From contig CAYSHM010000009.1 in NCBI GenBank assembly GCA_964430885.1, positions 1 through 64,000 of the forward strand: 64,000 nucleotides of DNA. Direction: 5' to 3'. This DNA is from an uncultured archaeon. GTDB lineage: Archaea; Thermoplasmatota; Penumbrarchaeia; JASLWR01. The position numbers and the translations under genes were made by a program. The stretch's first letter is position 1. Every line of letters starts with the position of its first letter. The notes under the pieces are model-generated. The model saw only the letters and a program-made list of their open reading frames with translations. It did no database searches and was not told where the DNA came from. Below, piece after piece: positions 19,379 to 30,400 of the stretch.

Positions 19379-19874
19379 ATGCCTCAGCCCGATAAGATTA
19401 TGATTCTATATGAGGACCGCGATTACTCGGTTTTCAACTGTGTGGGGTAACTTACAGATGGTCGATTGTTCATGGCGTACGTCACTGGTGCTTCTCCAAT
19501 AGATGAAACCACTGGATCCCCGGAATTTCTCAATCCTTCGGCCCCTACTTGGATGGAGCGCAAGCGTTGGTATGGAGTTATCCATATATTCAAAGAGGAT
19601 GGTCCACATCAGGAGGCCCATACGCTGCTTGGGGGGTACAACAGCAGATGCTCAAAGGGATGCCTGTGATCTAGCTTTCTCTCTCACCAACCAGAAATTA
19701 AGCGAGTTCGGACCATTCGCCTTTCAGTCGATCAGTATAAAACCGTTCAGGGTGGAACGCGATGGATACCTCTTTGCATTGGAGTATGAGAAATCTGATG
19801 ACGGAGAATGGGCGTTGCTTTGGCCCAATGATATTATGTTCCATCCCTCCTCGGATGGTAAATACTCCACCTGA
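19379..19874 (+). pseudogene. Disrupted hypothetical gene (premature stop plus frameshift)
   Basis: ATG 19379 MPQPDKI..., TAA at 19448-19450, continues in frame (FMAYV...KRWYGVIHIF), then switches frame near the G6 run 19631-19636 into GTTAD...IKPF...WPNDIMF...DGKYST. Confidence 0.6.
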
Positions 19875-19964
19875 TCAATTTATTTGGGATAATTTCCATG
19901 GGCATTAGAATAATATAGCTCTAATGAAATCATCTTAGACAAACCAAGTAGGTCGTGTGATAAA

Positions 19965-20663
19965 ATGAAAGGTGAAGATAAAAGGGATAGATGGGTAAAA
20001 TGGCTGGGACATGCGGCATTTCATATCCGTATTGATGATGTGAATCTGGTTTTCGATCCATGGATACACGGCAATCCATCAGCACCCATTGAGAATTATA
20101 GAGAGCTGAAATCAGCTGACCTAGTTCTGGTGAGTCACGATCATAGGGACCACGGTCTGGTGGATGGTGCAAGGATATCCCGAAGTACCGGTGCCCCTTT
20201 GGTAGCAGTATTTGAACTTGCCAATAGAGCCAAGGACCAGGGGGCCGAAAATATACTGCCAGGAAATGTAGGCGGTATTATAAAGCATGATGGCATGGAA
20301 ATAATGTTCACCAAAGCCTATCATTCATGCGGTGTGGGAACTCCCTGCGGTTTCATGGTAAAGGTGAAGGATACGGTGGTATACCATGCTGGAGATACAT
20401 CATTATTCATGGATATGGAGCTGTACGGCCAGAGATGGGATGTTGATCTTGCCCTTCTGCCAATAGGATCGACCTATACAATGGACCCATATGATGCAGC
20501 TCGAGCAGTATCTTTTCTTAATCCCAAGGTAGCGGTGCCCATGCATTACAATACTTTTCCAGCAGTTAAACAGGATCCTGGGGAATTCAGAAAATGGATC
20601 AAGAAAATGGAACTAGATACTCAGGTAATGATCTTGGAACCGGGATTAGATGTGCGGTTCTAA
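19965..20663 (+). CDS. UPF0173 metal-dependent hydrolase (MBL fold)
   Basis: WLGHA, DPW..GNP, SHDHRDH, YHAGDT, LPIG, PMHYNTF. Confidence 0.92.
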   Translation: MKGEDKRDRWVKWLGHAAFHIRIDDVNLVFDPWIHGNPSAPIENYRELKSADLVLVSHDHRDHGLVDGARISRSTGAPLVAVFELANRAKDQGAENILPGNVGGIIKHDGMEIMFTKAYHSCGVGTPCGFMVKVKDTVVYHAGDTSLFMDMELYGQRWDVDLALLPIGSTYTMDPYDAARAVSFLNPKVAVPMHYNTFPAVKQDPGEFRKWIKKMELDTQVMILEPGLDVRF

Positions 20664-20726
20664 AGCCAATAATTGCCCGTGAAATCGCAAGAAGAAGTAC
20701 ATCTGAATTGTTTGCTTTTTTTAAAT

Positions 20727-21212
20727 TTAATCATTGTTATTCTTATCGGGGTTATCCTTGCCGCCCATACAATGATCGCATTTCTCCCTTTCTCCTGTTT
20801 TACAGAAGTGTCTGAAATGTGATAACCATCTAGGTTCGTCAGGTCCTTCTTTGGCAAACTCCATGAACTTCTCTAGTCTGATCATGGTTTCCTGGCTTAT
20901 ATGATGTTCAAGTATACATGCATCTTCATCCGCTAATTTATTGTCAACACCAATAAGTTTAAGAAAACCTGCAATCGTTGCATGTCTTCCCATGAGTTCC
21001 TTTGCCGCCTTTACTCCCTTTTCGGTGAGTTTTGCACCTTGGAAAATCCTGTAATCCACCTGACCGTTCTCTTTTAGTTTCTGTAGCATCTCGGTTACAG
21101 TGGGAGGTTTCACATCCATCATTTCAGCAATGGCTCCTGTTCTGGCAACGCCTTCATCTTTCTCCAAGGCATAAATGACCTCGATGTACTTTTCTGCGGT
21201 CTTTCTTTTCAT
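20727..21212 (-). CDS. DtxR/MntR family metal-dependent repressor
   Basis: EKYIE.IY, HTH IAEMMDVKPPTVTEMLQKL, RH, DAC.LEHHIS. Confidence 0.93.
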   Translation of the reverse strand: MKRKTAEKYIEVIYALEKDEGVARTGAIAEMMDVKPPTVTEMLQKLKENGQVDYRIFQGAKLTEKGVKAAKELMGRHATIAGFLKLIGVDNKLADEDACILEHHISQETMIRLEKFMEFAKEGPDEPRWLSHFRHFCKTGEREKCDHCMGGKDNPDKNNND

Positions 21213-21268
21213 CTTTTACCACCAAGTCGATTTATTGGTCCAATCCCACTTTCATTTATTCCTAATAA

Positions 21269-22987
21269 TTATATCCCGAGCAGAGTGAATCTGAGCAGCC
21301 CTCCCACCAAGAGAGCGGTGAGTACCATTATTCCCGATGCCTTAAGCATGTCCTTACCCCCAAGTTCCTTTAGAAGTACTGCAAATGTTGCCACACATGG
21401 GAAATAAATGGTAAGTATCACACTGGCAATAACAAGCTGCATTGCGCTGAGATCGAGGGATATCAGCATACCCACAGCGAGGTCCTTTCTGAGAAAGCCT
21501 ATTAACAAAGCGGGCGTGGCCTCTCCTGGAAGTCCCAACCAGAACCCCATAAAGGGGGATAGTGTGTCTGCCAAAAGGTCCAATATACCTAATGAATAAA
21601 AAACATTTATTATCAGCACCCCTAAGAACATGAATGGCACCGCTTCAGTAAGAAACCACTTCACTCTCATCCAGGTCTTCTTCAAGATTACCTTTATAGG
21701 AGGCCGGCGATATGGAGGCACTTCAAGGAAAATCTCCGGACTTTCACCCTTGATAAATCTGTTAAGTATCAATCCTGCACCGAGATATATTGAGATAAGA
21801 ATCAGGAATACCAGGAAGATATAGCCCAAACCATACCTGCCCAGAATTCCGAATATCAGTGCCGTCTGGGCCATGCATGGTACGGAAATGGATAGAAGGG
21901 TCGCCGCTATGAACCGCTGTTTTCTTGTAACAAGATTTCTAGTTGCCAGAGCGCCGGGAACATTGCATCCCACTCCCAGAAAGACAGAGATGATGCCATG
22001 GCCGTGCATTCCAAGCTTATGGAATATATTATCCGCTAAGGTAGACATCCTTGGAAGATAGCCTGTATCCTCCAGTATTGCCAGCATAAAATAGAACGAA
22101 GCAATATAGGGCATCACCATGCCAACGGGCATATATAAACCAGTTGTTAGCATCCCCATGGATTGTGTATAGTCGATCTCTCCATCGATCAGTTTCCCTA
22201 TGAGCATGTCGTGTATGAATCTATGTTCCTCAATAACGTAGCTTAGCTCCATAAGAGGTGAGGTGAGCAGATCGAAAAGGGGATTCATAGCGTAATTGAT
22301 CAAACCTTCACCTATTATCCTGACAAGCCAGAATGTAAGGATAATGACCAATATTGAAATAGGTATTCCGGTAATTGGTTTGATGGTTGCCTCGGATATC
22401 CGATCTTTAAGGGTGTGGTGCCTGTGGGTCAATATCTGTACATTGGATACAATCTCACCAATTCTTTTCCACCGCCCGCTATCGTTCTTTTTCCATTTTA
22501 CAATCGCAGGCCTGCAGTCTGCTAGGTTTTCAACCACTTGGCTAATCCCACTGCCTGTGAGGGCAACAGTGGGTATGACCTTTATTCCAAGAAACTTTGA
22601 TAGTTCCGCAACATCAATATCAATTCCCTGATGTTTGGTCTCATCCCACATGTTCAGGGCAACCAGCTGGGGCTTTCCCATTTCCAGGAGCTGCAGACAG
22701 AGATATAGGTTCCTCTCTAGATTTGTTGCATCCAGAACATTAAGAATGATGTCGGCTTTTTTCAGTATTTTAATCGACACCTCTTCGGCCCGATTGGTAG
22801 GTTCCAGTGAATATGTTCCTGGGGCGTCTATCACCTGATATTTTTCCTTTCCCAAACTCATATGTCCTCTGGAAAAATCAATGGTGGTTCCCGGATAGTT
22901 AGAGGCCAAGACATCGGCTCCCGTCAATCTGGAAAAAACCACACTTTTCCCAACATTGGGATTACCCATAAGTACAATTTTCTTCAT
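21269..22987 (-). CDS. feoB: Ferrous iron transporter FeoB
   Basis: GNPNVGKS, NYPGTT, DAPGTYSL, NMWDE, LEDTGYLPR, GCNVP, YFPCVAT. Confidence 0.96.
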   Translation of the reverse strand: MKKIVLMGNPNVGKSVVFSRLTGADVLASNYPGTTIDFSRGHMSLGKEKYQVIDAPGTYSLEPTNRAEEVSIKILKKADIILNVLDATNLERNLYLCLQLLEMGKPQLVALNMWDETKHQGIDIDVAELSKFLGIKVIPTVALTGSGISQVVENLADCRPAIVKWKKNDSGRWKRIGEIVSNVQILTHRHHTLKDRISEATIKPITGIPISILVIILTFWLVRIIGEGLINYAMNPLFDLLTSPLMELSYVIEEHRFIHDMLIGKLIDGEIDYTQSMGMLTTGLYMPVGMVMPYIASFYFMLAILEDTGYLPRMSTLADNIFHKLGMHGHGIISVFLGVGCNVPGALATRNLVTRKQRFIAATLLSISVPCMAQTALIFGILGRYGLGYIFLVFLILISIYLGAGLILNRFIKGESPEIFLEVPPYRRPPIKVILKKTWMRVKWFLTEAVPFMFLGVLIINVFYSLGILDLLADTLSPFMGFWLGLPGEATPALLIGFLRKDLAVGMLISLDLSAMQLVIASVILTIYFPCVATFAVLLKELGGKDMLKASGIMVLTALLVGGLLRFTLLGI

Positions 22988-22989
22988 AA

Positions 22990-23214
22990 TTAGACAACCT
23001 CGACCACAATCTTTCTGGCCATGTGTCTTCCAAGGGTGATCGACCGGCCGTCAACCTGAACAACGATGGGACCACCAAAGGGTTGGCGAGCGAGAATTTT
23101 AATGACTTTACCCTCTCTGAGGCCTATGCATCTAAGCTTACGCTGGAATATCGGTCCACCTTTCAGCATCCTTACGGTAGCGTCCATTTTCTCCTTTAAA
23201 GCAGACATCCTCAA
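22990..23214 (-). CDS. feoA: FeoA
   Basis: L..IGLREG..I...PFGGPIVV......LGR..A..I; directly upstream of feoB. Confidence 0.92.
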   Translation of the reverse strand: MRMSALKEKMDATVRMLKGGPIFQRKLRCIGLREGKVIKILARQPFGGPIVVQVDGRSITLGRHMARKIVVEVV

Positions 23215-23231
23215 TTGTAAACCTCTCTTTT

Positions 23232-23262
23232 TTAGGTGAACCTAACATTTAGGTGGGCCTAG
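23232..23262. promoter_or_regulatory. Tandem DtxR-family operator boxes upstream of feoA-feoB-dtxR
   Basis: TTAGGTGAACCTAA (23232-23245) and TTAGGTGGGCCTAG (23249-23262) fit TTAGG-N4-CCTAA and lie between a TATA-like element (~23279-23285, minus strand) and the feoA start. Confidence 0.8.
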
Positions 23263-23521
23263 AAATCTCTTGTACAGTATTTATCAATATCGGCATTTTT
23301 ATACTGGTTCACCAATATCATTAATATTCAGTATCTCTTCTTCAGCTGTAAACAATACCTACATGGACATTGTTAGACGTGGTCCTTTGTCCGACACAAT
23401 GTCCGAGAGATTATTGGGGTAGATGGAAATTCTGTTTCCATTTCGCTAGAACGCAAGCGGTTTCCATGATGCCTTGAACAATTTGCATTGCATTGATAAA
23501 TGAACAATTAACCAACGGGGG

Positions 23522-24250
23522 TTGCTATCTAACATGAGACACGGGAATTATCTATACTATGACCTTCGAAAGAATTGTCGAAGGTATTACCAAAGCGTAG
23601 GGTCCCTAATATCACGTATGGAATCAGGCATTCAGAAGGGGAATGATCTATCTTTGGATAAAAACACTCGATCACTCATGATGAAGTGGCTTGAGCAATT
23701 TACCTTTGTGCTCAGGCAGCTGGATAATATTCAGGAGAGAATTATTCCCGTTCTGGAAGCTGACCTGAAGTATGAGTTCAGGGAATCCATGCTGGTTGCA
23801 TGTTCTCTTATTCAATCCAGTGTAAAAAGCCCCTTTGTGGAAATCAAAACCCATCTGGAGATCAATGGTGATAAAACCTTGAAAGAGGAGGACTTCAGCA
23901 ACATCTTTTCCATAGGGGCTACATCGGAGGTTTTGGCGCTTATAGGGGATGCAGTGCTGGACCTGGCGGTAGCGCAATACTTATGGAAGGATTATCCTGA
24001 AGTAGGACTTCTAACCAAGAGAAGAGCCGACCTGGTCTGCAACGAGAACCTCGCCCGCCTTTGTGAGAAATGGGACCTTTATGAGAACCGTATACATTTC
24101 GACCAGATGCCACCTTCCACTAATCGGACCCTGAATCATATCAAGGGTGGTCTTGTGGAAGCGGTATTTGGGGTGGTCTATTTAGAGGGAGGTCTGTCTC
24201 CAGTCCTCAACCAGGTTCCTCTCCTGGTGAACATTGCAGTAAAAGATTGA
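23522..24250 (+). CDS. RNase III catalytic-domain protein without dsRBD (Mini-III-like) with N-terminal extension
   Basis: EVLALIGDAVLDL, LT.RRA.LV.NENLA, VEAVFGVVYLEGG. Confidence 0.82.
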   Translation: MLSNMRHGNYLYYDLRKNCRRYYQSVGSLISRMESGIQKGNDLSLDKNTRSLMMKWLEQFTFVLRQLDNIQERIIPVLEADLKYEFRESMLVACSLIQSSVKSPFVEIKTHLEINGDKTLKEEDFSNIFSIGATSEVLALIGDAVLDLAVAQYLWKDYPEVGLLTKRRADLVCNENLARLCEKWDLYENRIHFDQMPPSTNRTLNHIKGGLVEAVFGVVYLEGGLSPVLNQVPLLVNIAVKD

Positions 24251-24445
24251 TGTTAAAATGGAAGCTGTTTCCATGCGAACTTAAAGTCTACTGGTTTCCA
24301 TAATACCAAGGTATAATAATAGAAAAGAATTTATTTAATCCATGCATAGAAGTAATGACCGAATCTTGGACCTACGGATAGGAAGAGAACATACATACTA
24401 GTAAAATTTCCTCCGAATGAAACCCTGAAAAAACGGTGTTGTTTT

Positions 24446-27400
24446 ATGAAACAAAAAATAATGATAATTCTTACCGCTTTAATCCTTCTAAGTGTCAATC
24501 TGTTTTTTGCCACTCCCCACCAGGATGATGATTGCCGTGATATAAGCATAATTAAGCCCAATGATGCATATGAACCAAATGTTGGCCATGAATTGTTTTT
24601 AGATGATGTCCACACCAGGTCCAATAATGGCTATTTATACCGCAATAGGGCAGCTGGAAGAGTGGATGTTGAGACCCTGAAGGAGATAGTTGGGATATGG
24701 CAGCCAGGAGTAGATTACAATCCCAAGTTCGATGGTTTTGGCACAGGTTTGAAACCGCCCAGGGAGAGCGAATGGGAGGAAATGATCGGTTCCGCAGGGT
24801 TAGTAACGGATGTCATAGCACTTGAAGGTACTCGGGCCAACGTCACCAGTTTGGATATGATGACAGAAAAATATTTTCCGCCCATAGGCAGTCAGGGTTA
24901 CGAGGCTTCATGCACCGCATGGTCGACAACCTATTATCACAAGACCTATATTGAGGCGAGAGAGCATGATTGGGACCTGAGCGGGGCAAGCTGGGTAGGC
25001 GGTCACACCGGTCAGCCTACACCTATAAATTACCAGGATAAAATTATGAGTCCCGAGTTCGTATATCATCAGATAAATGAGGGGGAGGATGGCGGTTCGT
25101 GGATGGATGATGCTTATAATCTCATGGCAAAGGTTGGAACCTCCAGCTGGGAGAAAATGCCCTATTCATGCTATGATCATACAAGCTGGCCCACTGAGGA
25201 AGCATGGAGAGAAGCTCCCCTATACAGAGGAGATGAAACCATTGGTGTATCTGAAGGTTGGAACTGGCTTTGGGTAGAGAATGAAACAGGGGTTGAGAAC
25301 TTAAGAAACCTTCTTATCAGCCGCATTCCGGTATCAATATCTATTGATGCAGGGCAATTTAACACATTGGGTCAGATGAACGATACCTGGACCCTTGATA
25401 CATATGGAAATCCCAACCGGAATCATGCCCAAACTGTTGTTGGATTCGATGATGAGAGATGGTATGACGAGAACGGTTCTGCCACCCAGGGAGCGTTCAA
25501 GATAGTTAATTCCTGGGGCCCGGGAAGGCAGGATAGTGTTTATTGGATATCCTATGAATCCTTCAAGAGGGATGTGAACTATGTTGGTTTCATGTATGAC
25601 AAGGTGAATTATAATCCTGAGACCCTGGCGGTGTTCCAGATATCCCACAGTAAGAGAGGGGAGTGCAATATCTCCTTTGGAGTCGGCAATATTTCAAATC
25701 CCAACGGTACAAAGAACTACAAGGTTGAACACTTTGATGGCGGCCCAGTTCCCTTTCCCAACCATGTAATGGCAGTTGATATCACCGAGTTCAAGAACAA
25801 TGTTACGGAGATCAATGGTTCTCACTTCTTCCTGAATGTGACTGATATTGAAACAGGTACTACTGGAAGTATTCAATCCTTTTGGGTTGAACATTATACT
25901 GATTATATCAATAATTCACTCTATGTGGGTGCGCCATCAGATGATCCTGTGGTGAACACAATCCAAAATACTCCGGTCTATGCGGAGCTGGACCTCGTTG
26001 ACGATGCAGCCCCCGAGGCGGATGCTGGTGAGGATCAGACTATTGAGAACAATACAATGGTGCAGTTCGATGGGACGGGTTCTTTTGATTACTCAGGGAT
26101 CACCAATTACACCTGGGACTTCATCTATGACGGAAATCCAATTACATTATACGGCCCGGATCCCCAGTTCCAATTCAACATGTATGGGAGCTTCCTTGTG
26201 AACTTGAATGTGACGGATCCCTGGAATCATTGGGATATGGATAATCTCACAGTTTTTGTGGAGGATATAACTCCTCCCTCGGCAGATGCCGGAGAGGACC
26301 AATGGGTTGAACCGGGGGATCTGGTTACCTTCGATGGAAGCGGAAGCTCGGATAACGTGGCTGTGGGAAATTATACCTGGACATTCACCTATGACGGCAA
26401 TCCTCAAACCCTGTATGAGGCCGGACCTTCATTCCAGTTCGATCTGCCGGGGATCTACACAGTCACTGTAGTGGTGGAGGATACCAGTACCAATACAGAT
26501 ACGGATACTGTAACCGTTTGGGTCAACGATTCGGTTCTGCCTGCAGCAGATGCAGGAATTGATCAATTAGTTGATCAGTGGGACCTGGTAAATTTTGATG
26601 GGTCGGGCAGTTCCGATAATGTTGGAATAGCTTCCTATGAATGGACCTTTAATGATGGAGGAGGCCAAACCCTTAATGGTGTGATGCCTGTTTATGATTT
26701 CAACAATGCAGGATTTTTTGCGGTCACGCTTAACATTACTGACCTTTTTGGTAACTGGGATGAAGATGTGGTGAATATCACAGTTCTAGATATTGAATTG
26801 CCGCAGTTCGGGTCTGAATGGCATGATGATCTAGAAACTGAAAACCCAGCGCTTCTGTCTATTAATATAACAGATAATGTGGATGTAGACAAGGTATTTC
26901 TGAACCTGTCATGGAATAACGGTACATGGTTTTCCTATCCCGTGACCAATTACACACTGGATTCATGGGAGATAACCTTGATGCCTCCTATGAATGCAAC
27001 AACTCTTGAATATTTCTTCCGAGCTAACGATACATCTGATAATTGGAATATCTCCACAGCTACCCTTATAGGTGTTTCAGATCACACCTCCCCTGATTTC
27101 GGTCAATTTTGGCATGGACCCCTGACCACAGGAGAATCGTTTTTGTTATCCATAAATATCACGGATAACATAGGAATTGACACTGTTACCCTCAATATTT
27201 CTTTGGATGGCGGGACGGTCATGAGCTGGCAGGTAGCTAACAATACCAATGATTCATGGACAATCATAATCAACCTTCCTGAGAATGCCCTGACAGTTGA
27301 TTGCATTTTCATTGCTCAGGACATCTCCGGTAATAAAAACACATCGGCCCAGCAGAATTTTCTGGTTATAGATAACGACAACCCTGTTTTCGGCGGTTCA

Positions 27401-30400
27401 TGGCACAGCGTCCCAACTACAGGAGATGTTGCTCATTTCAGTGTGAACATAACTGACAATATTGATGTGGACATTGTTGCCTTCGAATTCACCTATGACA
27501 ACAACACCTATCAGACCTGGCCGGTAACAAACAACACAGGCCCGTCATATGAAATATCCATTATGATCTATCCGGGAGCACAGTTCATCAATTTCAGATT
27601 CTGGGTCAATGACACATCCAACAATGCACTTTATCAGGCCCACACCTATTTGCTAGTTGCTGACAACGATCTGCCCATATTTAGCGGACTGAGCTATTCA
27701 CCGCCCACAACTGGTGATAATTGGGTCCTTGGTGTCACAGTTTCGGATAATGTGGTCTTGGATTCTCTTCTGCTGTTCTTCACTCTGGATGGAAATGACC
27801 AGAAGGTTTGGGATATCAATAACGAAACCCAGCCGGATGTTTGGAGGATAACGGTGTCCATCCCCTGGAATTCAACCCATTTGGAGTTCTATATCCGAGC
27901 TGAGGATTCAACCGGAAACATGAATCAGAGCCAAAATGTTTCTCTTGGGGTGCTGGACAATGATGTGCCTTTGATGACCTCCCTGAGCTTTCTGCCCCTG
28001 ACAACTGGCGATATTACCAATTTCAGTATTGATATAGTTGACAATATACTGATTGATGCAGTGATGTTCAACTTCTCCTTCAATAACGACTCAGGTCACA
28101 CTTGGCAGGTATTGAACAGCACAATGGATACATGGAGCATAGAAATATCAATTCCTGATGACGGGGAGTATATGGAATACCAGTTTTGGGTAAATGATAC
28201 TTCCGGAAATGGTAATCAGACTCCATTGGCGGGCTCTTTCATATTGGATAATGACGCTCCAATGGCCGATGCCGGTGAAGATGTGATAATTGACCAGCAC
28301 CAGCATGCCTTGCTTCAATCTATTGGTTCCACAGATAATATAGGCATATCCAATTTAACATGGAGTTTCATGTATGATGGCTTGACTAGATTTGTATACG
28401 GTAATGATTCATCCTATTTATTCGACATATCGGGTAGTTACGTGATTTGGCTGAATGTAACTGATGGCAGTGGTAACTGGGATATGGATAATTTAACCCT
28501 GCTGGTTATGGATATAACCCCGCCTACGGTCACTGCGGGTATCGATATTCAGATCGATCAGCACGAGCTTGTGGAATTGAACGCAAGCGCTTGTAGTGAT
28601 AACGGAGTGATAAGCAGCTATGTTTGGACCATAACCCGAAATACTGTAAGAGGGAATTTCGTCAGGGATGCTGATCCGGTGATTCTTCTTGGAAGGATAA
28701 CCCATTTCGTATTTCACGACGCAGGGGCCTTCACGGTCAATCTGACCATTACCGATCAGGAAGGAAATAGTGCCAGTGATAATTTCTATGCCGAGGTAAG
28801 GGACACAACCGCCCCTGCAGCCTGGGCCGGTCCAGATATGATAGTTGACGAGGGAACCACCATAGAGCTTGATGGGACCCTGAGCACCGATAATGTTGCA
28901 ATATCAAATTATACCTGGCAAATTCATCATCCCCTGGAGATCAGGACCCTATACTATACGATGATTCCCTTCCTCTTTACATATGTGGGGGAATACAATA
29001 TCACCTTGAACGTAAGCGATGAAATGGGGAATTGGGATACCGATATGATGACTGTGATCGTGAATGATATAAGCTATCCTGTTGCCCATGCAGGAGAAAA
29101 TATTGCAGTTGATCAGGGAGAGCAATTTGTACTTAACGCATCAGAATCAAGTGATAATTACAATATTGTGAACTATACCTGGACCGTTGCGGGTAAATCA
29201 TATTACGAGCCGGTTGTGGAAATTTCCATCACCGATCCCGGAGTATATACGGCCCATCTCAGAGTTAAGGATGAAGTTGGTCATTCATCGGATGATACCA
29301 TTATTATTACCGTTCTTGATATTACGCCCCCAGTGGCGCGAATAACTCTCGAAGAGATTGTATATCCCGAAGATAAGGTTATAGTAATAGAAATGGGCCA
29401 TATCCAAGAGATTCATTTTGACGGACTGAAAAGTTCAGATAATGTCGGAATTGTCAATTTCACCTGGAGCATAGAAAATTTGACCTTATACTCTTCGAAA
29501 CTCACCTGGTCACTGAACAGTTCAGGTCTCATTAGGATAGACCTTTTGGTATTTGACCTTCGGGGCAATAAGGCCAATGCCACCCTTTTCGTGGATGTAG
29601 TGGACTTTATTCGCCCGGTTGCAGACGGAGGTCCTGATAGGCAGGCATATACTGGAGAAACAATAAAACTGAATGCAACCGCCAGTTATGATAATCAGGA
29701 AATAGTGGAATATGTATGGAGCTTCTGGTATCAGGGTGAACAGGTCATACTTGAAGGTCCCATCCATGAACTGTCCTTTGATCAGGAAGGGGATTATCTT
29801 ATCACTCTGAATGTAACAGATTCATTTGGAAATCACATGTCTGACAATGTCAAGGTTACGGTCAAGGAAGAACCCGAGTCTCCCTCCACTCCTGGTGATG
29901 ATGATTCGGATATAAATACGGATGATTCGTCATCTGATTCATTATCGGATCATTGCTGGTTTATTGGTGTTATAGTATTGATAATTCTGATCATTATAAT
30001 ACTTGTCATAGTGATGATTAACCGGCGGAAAAAGGAAGTGGATATACATGAGAAATCCTCCGAAGATGAAGATGACTCAGGGGATGAGAATGATGAAGTA
30101 TTGGAAGAACTTCTGTCTGACGGCAAGGATGAGGGAATTGGCAAGGATGGCGATAGTGCTGAAGAATCGTATTTGGATGATGAAGAAGATTATTATCTCC
30201 AAGAGGACGAATACCTTGATGATGAATATGACGAAGGCATAGTTGTGGATTTTGACGAAGAATACGGAGACGATGGATTCGATTCTGATAGTGATGACGA
30301 CATTGAAGGTGAAGAAAGTGATATTTTCGGGTATGATGACGAAGACGACTCCGAGGATGAAGGTGATAATTATTACGGAAGGGACGATGCCGAAGATATT

